This document shows positions 54,829-64,000 of a stretch of DNA of 64,000 nt, in pieces. This DNA comes from Macrostomum lignano. Its lineage: Eukaryota. Location: positions 186,001 to 250,000 of the forward strand of contig NIVC01000230.1 of NCBI GenBank assembly GCA_002269645.1, given 5' to 3'. How positions within the stretch are numbered: the first letter of the stretch is position 1; the number at the start of each line of letters is the position of its first letter. The position numbers and the translations under genes were made by a program. Below the pieces are notes generated by a model. The model saw only the letters and a list, made by a program, of their open reading frames with translations. It searched no databases and was not told the origin of the DNA.

Positions 54829-55950
54829 CACTACTAGAGAGGGCTTTTAAAAGTAACTATCTGGTAAATAAACCAGATAACACCACAAGATAATTTGCGT
54901 CAGATTCACTACCGATTTCCTTGTTTAAGGTGCGAAACTGGTGAAACCACTAGATTCGTCACCAGGTAATTTTAGTGTTATCCGGTTTGACTGTTACCTG
55001 GTGAGTTATCTGAATTTCGCAGGATAACATGGCGCGAATCTTATTTGAAAAAAGAAAACAGTACGAGATTCGTCACCAGATAATTCTATGTTATCTTGTC
55101 TGATAATCAGATAATGGAAAAAGATTTCAATCAAGATAACTGTGTGTGTTACGGTCTGTAAGAAACCTGTTTGAATCTGAGCAAATTCCGGGACCTTAGT
55201 CTGAATCAATCGGGCATCCATTACAAGTACCATGGGGATTTTGAGAGGAAGCCTCCGATGGAAAACCGCTGAATACAGACCCGAGCAAATGGTTATCCCA
55301 TCAGGCAATCCCAGGCCGTTTGGTCAGCGGCGCTAATTCCTCTTGGAAAGCGAGGGGTAATAAAGCCTTGCTTTGATGAGACAACTTATCTGCTTTACGG
55401 AGGCACTGTTGCGTCCGTAATGTGAGGCTGTGCCCATCCTCCGTACAGGTGACAATTGAAAAATTGTTGCGCCCTGTTTGTGTGCGAGAGGTTTGACTAC
55501 CACTGGCATGTAGTCTATCACAGCTGCTTAGTGTGTCAACGGGCTGAATGATTCTATCGTCATATTTGACGCTTAGAAGCATAAGTCAGCCAACCATTTT
55601 GTTTTGCACAGCTGGGTGTCTAGACGGAGACTGTGGCATGGTTCCAAATAGCTCTAACTGGCCCAGTATGCAAAGCAGCTTTCCTATTAAGATAGATGCT
55701 AATCCGATTTTTGTCGGTGCATGCTCCATTGGTTTGTCTAAGGCGTTTGCAGTTGCACCAGCCGTGAGCAGATCAAGTCGAGAGAGTAGTCTATACGAAC
55801 TACGAGTGTCGGTAATCTTGTCGAGGGCTAATAAAACCTCGAACAAGTCAAGCGAGTAGTCTTTACAGACTCGGCCATTATAACAAATTGCGGTCCAGTT
55901 GGCGGCTATTTAAACCGGTGTTTCTAGGAGTGTCGGTAATCTTGTCTCGA
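54829..55950. mobile_element. Possible CACTA-type terminus with subterminal repeats
   Basis: CACTACTAGA at 54829 is followed by repeated gattcgtcaccag(g/a)taatt and caagataa motifs. No matching second end with a TSD was confirmed. Confidence 0.35.
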
Positions 55951-56423
55951 TATTTTCGTACAGATCCTGTACAGCTGACGCAAATAAATCTACGAAAATA
56001 AGTTTCTGTTTACAAGTTCTGCATTCATTTCTTTCCTATCATTTTAATATTAGTAGTTTCATTACACTAGCGCGTATATCAAAGGGTAACGGAGCGCATA
56101 TCGTACGGATAACTGAGTTACAGACAACTCAATTTTAGTATACAGGATTTACTATATAGAAGTAGGGAAAGAAACTAGTATATATTTGTATGCAACTAGT
56201 TATTTATGTGTTTATCATACAGTTGGACATAGTTATTCATTTTGTCCGTAAAATCGCCGAGATCCAAATCGATACACGCGTAGCTGTATATATGCTATAT
56301 GGATAGCTCGTATATATTCTTATAGCAGGTCAGCAATCATACCAAAGTAGTTCAGTTCAAATGTTTAGCATTAATTGCAGTTAGCAGAAGTATTCACTGA
56401 GATAGAACATTTACTTCAATACC

Positions 56424-58375
56424 GTGCGTTCAATTCGACTACACGAGTTAAAAATGTATCATGCAATTTCAGAGCTTGCATCATACTGCAAAATGCAAAC
56501 CACTATATATGCGAACTCTTTCGACTACTCGGTCACGCAGCCGCGCGAGCAGCTACTAATGATGATTCGCGTACCTCGGCCACACCAATCATTTGACCAA
56601 AGAAATACGCGAAAGAGTTTGAAGGACGTCAACAAAACGTGCCTAGCTGTCCGGCGCCAAACGCTTGTTGAAGCGGTCCAGAGCGTTGGCTGCGCTAGTG
56701 TGCGCGAATTCGTGGACGTGCACTGCACAGGGCTGCTGCATGTCGACGGCAACGACATCGTCGTCGACGAAGAGACGCCGACAACTGCAGCAGCGGCGCA
56801 AACCATGACTTCTGGCCAGCTGGCCAAGCCGACACATGGGCAGCGGCCGGCAGATCTGCCAGCCAACGCCCAGCGTCTCGGCCAATCTCGTGCACCTATC
56901 GCAGCTGCAACAGCTCGGAATGACTGTCTTTACAGAGGACCACCAAAAATGCAGCATCAGCGCAAACAACTTCTGGCCAGCTGGCAAAGCTGACACATGG
57001 GCAGATCTGCCAGCAGATCTGCCAGCCAACGCCCAGCGTCGCGGCCAGTCTTGCGCTTCTGTAGCAGCTGCATCCGTCGACGCTGCAGACGCTGCCGCCG
57101 TCGAATCGCTCCGAAAAACATTCGGAGAAATTATGGGCGTACGCGTAAGTAGAATTAGACTATTAACATACTATATAGTCGAATATAATCAGTCAGAATA
57201 TAATCAGTAGCATGCCATTACAATGCTACTGATTTAAATGCTACTATAAACGCGCATCCGATAATACTTTTGCAGATGATGCGTGTAGAGTCCATCGTCC
57301 GGGTACTGTGCACAATAGTGGACACGGGCGATGAAGATGGCACGCCATTCGACACAGTTAACGGCGCTTCTCGATGCTGAATAGCCTGCCATTAGCAGAT
57401 GCTATTCGCGGGGTCAGTTCATCGATGGCCGACCGTGACATTAGCGGCTTCGTCGGCACGCACTGTGCGGAAGTTTTTCGTCTTTCTAAACAAAATCAGC
57501 AGTTAGTGTTTCAGCCAGTACACCGGCTAAATCGCCGCCTGACACTCACAGAGCGCCATGCGAATGCCATCTCCGCAGGCAGAGAAGAGGCGCGCATCCA
57601 CGCCGTACATTGCGGGTGCGATGCACTAACTGCAGTGTTAATTTTCGCCTGGCCGACCGAGGTGGTGCGTTTGGTGCAGCTGTTGACTAATCATTTCTTC
57701 AACGAGGGCCAGCAGATCTGCTTGGCCAAGTCGACAATGGTGCTGCGCATAGAGAACGCACTACTAGCCCAGCGTCTGGCCGTGCTTATATTGGGTCTGC
57801 ATCAGACTCTAAACCATTCAAGCTTTGACGCGCGCCAATATATGCTGCGGCATACGCTGAAAGCGTTCAAACTGCCTGCAAAGTCGAAGCCTGCGTACCA
57901 CAGTATGCAGGACAGTGCTGATTGCGATGCACCGCTGTGCATGGCATCGCAGGCGCTGTTCATGGACTTTTGGTATAATGAGAAGCTTGGCGGTCGTCAA
58001 GGAAACAGCGGCGGCGGTCGTCGCCGAATAACTGACGCACTGCTTGGCGACGCCTGCGCCAGACTGATGAAAACTGGGCCAAACGAGCGCAAGTGTCGGC
58101 CGCATATTGTATTATGCTACAGCATTATGATTGTCGTCGTCGAAGGCCACTATTTAAATTTTGATGCCGGCGAGCCCAGCGTCGAACTATTTAAGTGCGC
58201 CGGCGACGAGGCGACGCGTCGCAGAGACGCTTTTGACAGCATGGGGCTACTGCCTGACCGGGTCGGCGTCCCGCGCGTGCTTGCCACTCGACATGCCGAT
58301 GCCGCGTGCAGCACAGACAACCCGTCGATCGACGAGTTGCTGTGCTCCATACCGAAGGACTTTGTTTGTTCCTGA
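56424..58375 (+). other. Unidentified, probably TE-borne coding region (ORFs 56424-56993 and 57374-58375, with a candidate intron at 57144-57276)
   Basis: Non-repetitive 333-aa ORF and 189-aa ORF with GC-rich codon usage in AT-rich surroundings. No family recognised. Confidence 0.4.
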
Positions 58376-58492
58376 GTGTACGCACAGGGACGGCGACTGC
58401 CCCGTTCATGAACTAATTTGTGATCTGTGAGGCAGTGTGTATATTTTTGTCTAGTTCAGTCAGACAGTTTCTGTGCATGTTGCTGCCCTGTA

Positions 58493-58600
58493 TACGAGGG
58501 TCACCGAAAGTTTTTAGAATGGAACGGTTATGATGCTAATAACAAAACAAATTTGCTGTTTGACTGTCGGTAACAGGAAAAAGTCGCAGGGGGCCAAGTA
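58493..58600 (-). mobile_element. Internally deleted mariner remnant (right end)
   Basis: The minus strand reads PPYLAPCDFFLLPTVKQQ (YSPDLAP.D region) and then a TIR ending gtgaccctcg-TA at 58493. Confidence 0.7.
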
Positions 58601-59798
58601 GGGTGGGTGGGAGACCGATGCGACCTTCATCACTCAGGCAGGCGCGCTGCGAACGAAACTCGTAAATGGAGCTGCGAATAGTGATCGGTTGCAATAGAAT
58701 ACGCGTGCACAGGAACTGTCAGAACGGACTTGTATCCGCCAGTTAGGCTTTTGATATTAGCACTGCTTTTCACTGACACCCCTCCCTGCTTTGATTTTGT
58801 CTGTTCTACTAGCCCATTCACTCTAATGCGTGTTCCATTCGCAGTTATAAGTAATTAGAATTAGCCGATCCTGATTTGTATCGGTGAAACGATAAATGCA
58901 GAAAAACGGTATCACAGCGAGTGAACAGTATAGTAGGGCAAATGTGGCTAGTCTGTTGTCTGTGCGGAGGCTGGCAGATCTGCCAGCCAAAGTACAGAGT
59001 TTCGGCCGTGCACGAATTTCCGATGCCAAAGCCGCGTAACCAAGTAGCAAGTAGAGTAGTTTTTTTCATTTATACAGTACTTTTCTGCTTCTCTGTCCGT
59101 CGTCCGTTGATTCGTCAGTTCATGAATTTTTTCCATCGCTTTCCATCGCCCTTCATGTTGGTCACGCGACCTTGTCCTTGTCCGATCTTGCAGATGCCAC
59201 CTGCTCTTTAAAGCTTGCCGACTTTCTTGTCCGATCTTGCAGATGCCACCTGCACTTTAAAACGCGCAAATTCCCTTGTCCCATTGCCACTGTGCTGTTT
59301 ACAATTTTACAATTAAATACTTGCCAGTTCGGTATATGATGTTTGCATTTTAATACTTTTTTATCATGGACTATTCGTGTCCACCATATTTCATTATTGC
59401 ATTTGTACCGTTGGAAGTAAAAAAACTTACCATCTGTTGTTGTTTCGCTGTTGCTGTTTACGAACGTTCTGTTTGATCATTACAGATCATGGTTGCATTG
59501 CCTTACACTCATTTCATTGAACTAACCATGATTTCTATTACAGAATTTCAACTGTTACTGTTCATCCGGCCATTATGTTAGTGCAATTATATACTATGGT
59601 CAACAGTCACAGTAGTCAAGGAAATCCTGGATCCTCTGATTTTTAGTAGGATACCGTAGTGATCTGGAATAGCTACCGACGCCTGTATATATTTGACCCC
59701 GATTCATCAAACCTATTGCATATATGAATGTCATATAGCTCATCGGATTAGTATAATACCGTTTTGTTACAAAACAGCCCTACTCTGACTTCTCCAGC

Positions 59799-61192
59799 AT
59801 GGACGACGTCGGCACTTCAGCACAGTCTGCAGGGCCAGATCCGACGGACGAAACGCACAATGCAACGCACTATATGAGAAATTGGCGGCTTGGCATACGT
59901 AAAAGGGCCGCATCCGCATTGACTGGCAAGTAGAGAATGCAAGCATTGTGGCAACGCCGATTACGTGGAAAAAGCGCGAATCCGGCAGATCTGCCATGCA
60001 ACACTCTGGTCTCCAGCCCCAACAAGGATGGCAGCGACGCATCCGAGCAGAGCGACTCAGCCAGCCTCGACGAGGAGGGCACCCACGCATCCGAGCAGAG
60101 CGACTCAGCCAGCCTCGACGAGGAGGGCACCCACGCATCCGAGCAGAGCGACTCAGCCAGCCTCGACGAGGAGGGCACCCACGCATCCGAGCAGAGCGAC
60201 TCAGCCAGCCTCGACGAGGAGGGCACCCACGCATCCGAGCAGAGCGACTCAGCCAGCCTCGACGAGGAGGGCACCCACGCATCCGATCAGAGCGACTCAG
60301 CCAGCCTCGACGAGGAGGGCACCCACGCATCCGATCAGAGCGACTCAGCCAGCCTCGACGAGGAGGGCACCCACGCATCCGATCAGAGCGACTCAGCCAG
60401 CCTCGACGAGGAGGGCACCCACGCATCCGAGCAGAGCGACTCAGCCAGCCTCGACGAGGAGGGCACCCACGCATCCGATCAGAGCGACTCAGCCAGCCTC
60501 GACGAGGAGGGCACCCACGCATCCGATCAGAGCGACTCAGCCAGCCTCGACGAGGAGGGCACCCACGCATCCGACCAGAGCGACTCAGCCAGCCTCAACG
60601 AGGGCAGGCGACGCATCCGATCAGAGCGACTCAGCCAGCCTCGACGAGGAGGGCACCCACGCATCCGAGCAGAGCGACTCAGCCAGCCTCGACGAGGAGG
60701 GCACCCACGCATCCGATCAGAGCGACTCAGCCAGCCTCGACGAGGAGGGCACCCACGCATCCGATCAGAGCGACTCAGCCAGCCTCGACGAGGAGGGCAC
60801 CCACGCATCCGACCAGAGCGACTCAGCCAGCCTCAACGAGGGCAGGCGACGCATCCGACCAGAGCGATCCATCCAGTTCCAGAGCGGATCCTATTTTCAT
60901 AGACAGACCATTTCATAAAAGAACCGAAGCGGATGGGCTCCTAACGACAGGAGAAGCGGCCACATTAATTGCGGACTACTGCTCCAAATGGAAAGCATGC
61001 AGAGAGCAGAAGAGAGAACTACTTGGTTTATTACGTAAGCTGATGCCTAGCGCAGATGTGCCGCGGTCCCCGCATGTACTTTCTGAGGTTGTGAAAGCTC
61101 GCTTTCGACGAGAATGCAGATCTGTATTACCGACCTCGGAATGCTACAGTGTGTGTGCAAAATGTAGACAAAGTCGCCATTTAAAAATTTAA
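59799..61192 (+). pseudogene. Degenerate EnSpm/CACTA (CMC)-like transposase N-terminus with a 48-bp coding repeat
   Basis: ATG at 59799 and an in-frame TAG at about 59931. (ASEQSDSASLDEEGTH)n lies at about 60038-60865, with two 46-bp frameshifting units. It is followed by TGEAATLI...ELLGLLRKLMP...PRSPHVL...YSVCAKC, the pattern I associate with the N-terminus of animal EnSpm transposases. Confidence 0.6.
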
Positions 61193-61869
61193 ATTTCTCA
61201 ATTACTGCGTCAGTGTATGAAACACGTATCAGTAAATATGTGCTTCACGCATTTTGCGTCCATTATTACATTATATCTCGTGTTTCGTCATTAAGTACGT
61301 CATTATGTATAGAATGTATTTCACCACATCGACTGGTTGGCCGTCCACTATCCCATAACGAAATTCCTTAGAACTTTAGCGTGGACGTAAGATCTTGTGG
61401 AAATTAGGATCGTATCTTGAGAGCGTCCTTTTCTATTCTTAAAAATTTCATAATGTGTTATTTAAAGTTATATGCTTTTGAAAATCTCTTTTCAGTCGTC
61501 TGCTTGACTTGGAAAGTAATGGGCAAGAAGAGCTGCGTTAATCACTTAAAAGAGGACAAACCTCCCGTTGATATAGACGCGGAACAAGCGGAAAAACGAC
61601 CGCGCAAAAGTGTACGACCAATCGACAGTCTCGAAAGCATCGCCTCAGTCGGAAATCTTCGATGGGACCGCCAGCGCGAGGTCAACAAAGAAAAACTTGC
61701 AAAAAAAGAAAAGAAAAAGGATCCACGAGACGTAGAAGCATGAAATTTGTCTATGGTAAAGACTAACTTTTAAAAGTATCGCAGCAAAATTTGCAAACAG
61801 AAGCAGGCACTTTTGAGTCCACTGCAGCGAGTTAAAGTTAGTTCACCCCCTGAGTTCTTCAATTCAACA

Positions 61870-62992
61870 ATGAAGCTGGAAAATCGCGACTTCAGAGCAA
61901 TGATGTACTTGCACTTCAAGCAAGGCAAGTCGCCGGCCGATTCGTATCAAACTTTACAGAACGTTTTCACCCATCTATGTCCTTCATACGCAACCGTCAA
62001 AAACTGGTTTGCTGAGTTTCGCCGAGGTCGAGAAAGCCTCGAAGATGAACATCGATCCGGGAGACCCTGTGACGCAGTGACTCCAGAAAATATCTGCGCT
62101 GTGTCCAGCATGATTGCCGCTGACCGGCGAGTGACCTACCAGCAGATCCAGCAGGAGATCAGTATTGGATCGGGGAGTGTGCACGCCATTCTGCATGAAC
62201 ACCTTGGAGTGCGGAAGCTGGCTTCCCGGTGGATCCCCCATCAGCTGTCTGACGTGCAGAAGGACACCAGGGTGGCTTGGTGCCGATTCATGCTGCAGAA
62301 ATTCGAATCTGGGACCAGCCGGCGTATCTGGGACATCCTCACGGGCGATGAGACCTGGATTTATCAATACGACCCCGAAAGCAAGCGCCAGTCAGCCATG
62401 TGGACCTTTGGAGACGAGGACAGCCCCACCAAGTTTCGACGCAGCCGGAGTGTCGGCAAGCAGATGGTGGCCTGTTTCTTCATGCGCACTGGGCATGTGG
62501 CTTCCGTTTCACTTAAAGATCGCCAGACAGTCACCGCTGACTGGTACACAACGGTTTGCCTACCCAAAGTCTTTTCTGCTGTGAGCCAGAGGCGCCCAAG
62601 GTGCAGAATGCGCGGGCAGCTTCTGCACCACAACACCAGTGCGCACACGGCGGCTCAAACTCTCGAGTTTCTGGCTGACTGTGGGGTCCAGCTGATGACT
62701 CACCCTGCGTACAGTCCAGACCTGGCACCGTGCGACTTTTTTATTTCCGAAGTGCAAGGAGATTCTGAAGGGCCAGGTCTTTTCTTCACCGGAAGAAGCT
62801 GTAAATGAGTTTAAAAACATCATCGAGGAGCTCCGCGATGAGGATTGGCGGCATTGCTTTGACAGCTGGTTTCACAGGATGCAAGCCTGTATCAATGCCG
62901 GTGGAGAGTATTTTGAGCACTTGTAGTCGTTTTTTAGTTCATTTGTTGCTGTTTTCTTGTTCAGGCTAAGAACTTTCTGAGTGACCTTCGTA
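61870..62992 (+). mobile_element. Mariner (Tc1/mariner) element with an inactivated transposase and a right TIR
   Basis: ATG at 61870. Motifs: HTH, SLEDEHRSGRP, WIPHQL, TGDETW and YSPDLAPCD. The second catalytic Asp is missing (LLHHNTSAH versus LLHHDNA.AH). A frameshift in the T-run near 62737-62742 precedes FPKCK...CINAGGEYFEHL* (stop at 62926). The TIR ctaagaactttctgagtgaccttcg is followed by TA at 62991-62992. Confidence 0.93.
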
Positions 62993-63024
62993 CTAGTGCA
63001 AGCGCAGCAAGTGCCTCTGATGGA

Positions 63025-63902
63025 ATGCGCGGTTATAAATCTGCAGATTCGTCCGCGTGGGCTGTCATTTACGACATCAACAACGACAGAGGTGCGATAC
63101 TTAGCACCGATATTGTTGCACTTGACGATCGTTATGAGCAACCCACTGTTGGTTGTCGTATTGTCGTCGTGACAGCCAAAACAAAGACTGCTTCGGCCGC
63201 AAGATATGGCGCCACTATATGGAGTGGACCATACACTAGCATAGCTGCTGCGCAACGCGTCGCATCCGCGTCGGGCCCGTTGCAAACTAATAGTGCACCG
63301 AATCCTTGTGGTTCGTGTTGTACACTAACCAACCAATTGCGCTCGCAAGTTTCCATTGTGGACGAGCAACGTGCGTAACCGTAAAGAAACTATTGTTTTA
63401 CTGCGTAATTTCAATATCTTTGTATTGAATAACTAGTCATTAAATTATTCAATAACAGCAACTCTCGATATTTATCTGCACGCACTCTATCACAGGTGAC
63501 TTCAGTCGGGACGCCAAAATGCAGCAGGTTATGAGCGTGGTTGAGCACTGGTGTGAACGACTACTCAGTGCAGTACATGTTGCCAGACGCACAATCGGAG
63601 GCTCTGATAGTGTCAATGCAGAGTCTGCCGATCGGCAAGACTATTCTGGTCAGATTTTAATCGATGACGAATCTCGAGAAGGTGGTATATATGCCCACAG
63701 TAATTGGTCCACTGACCAGTCGGCGCAAATGAAGCAGACTATGGGTGCTGTGGAGGCTGCCGACGCTATTGTTACAATGCCGCCACGTGAAGTCAACCCC
63801 AACGCATTGGTTCGCCTGTCAAACGACGACGGCTTTAGGCAAATACTAATAGAGCCGAAAGACAAGCGCGAAATTGAGCAGCGAACGGAAGCCATTCGTT
63901 AA
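63025..63902 (+). other. Unidentified coding-like segments (63025-63378, 63519-63902), possibly a TE accessory gene
   Basis: Two GC-richer ORFs separated by an AT-rich, intron-like gap. The splice phase is not resolved. Confidence 0.3.
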
Positions 63903-64000
63903 CGAACAGGTCTCCGATATTGTTGCTACTTATTTAACGAGTTACTGACCAGCAGATCTGCTCAGCGTCAACCTCGTCGGCTTTTACAATTGATGCATGC

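Noticed and set aside
54829-55932. Complete CACTA element from CACTACTAGA (54829) to TCTAGGAGTG (55932)
   Set aside because: The match covers only 9/10 bp, the flanks (ctt versus tcg) give no TSD, and gagtgtcggtaatcttgtc is simply a local direct repeat (about 55806 and 55928).

Overview
This is a eukaryotic (invertebrate animal) genomic window. It has spliced genes with GT-AG introns, and almost every intron or intergenic gap holds its own micro- or minisatellite. That style suggests a flatworm such as Macrostomum, but this is inference only. Genes reconstructed by hand: HSD17B4/MFE-2 (+, 5' part upstream of the window, ends in PTS1 AKL), a TIA-1/TIAR-like RRM gene (+), an F-box/LRR gene (-), a type-2 17beta-HSD/RDH-like SDR (-), MPC2 (-) and the last exon of ERGIC1 (-). 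Mobile DNA includes an APE-RT-RNase H LINE (R1/LOA-like) inside a TIA-1 intron, two tRNA-derived SINE pieces, two mariner copies and a degenerate EnSpm/CACTA transposase. The most interesting feature is an 11-kb element with 24-bp terminal inverted repeats, inserted in a (TCTG)n microsatellite within an HSD17B4 intron. It carries an 8-exon, 784-aa reading frame that the ORF track shows only in pieces. This frame has an N-terminal chromodomain, a 129-aa exon amplified together with 85-bp satellite arrays, and a Cys/His region resembling the N-terminus of animal tyrosine-recombinase-associated proteins. A second oddity is a near-perfect 272-bp tandem array inside a (TATC)n microsatellite. Most long ORFs in the track are translations of simple repeats. 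All family assignments come from motif recognition, not database searches.
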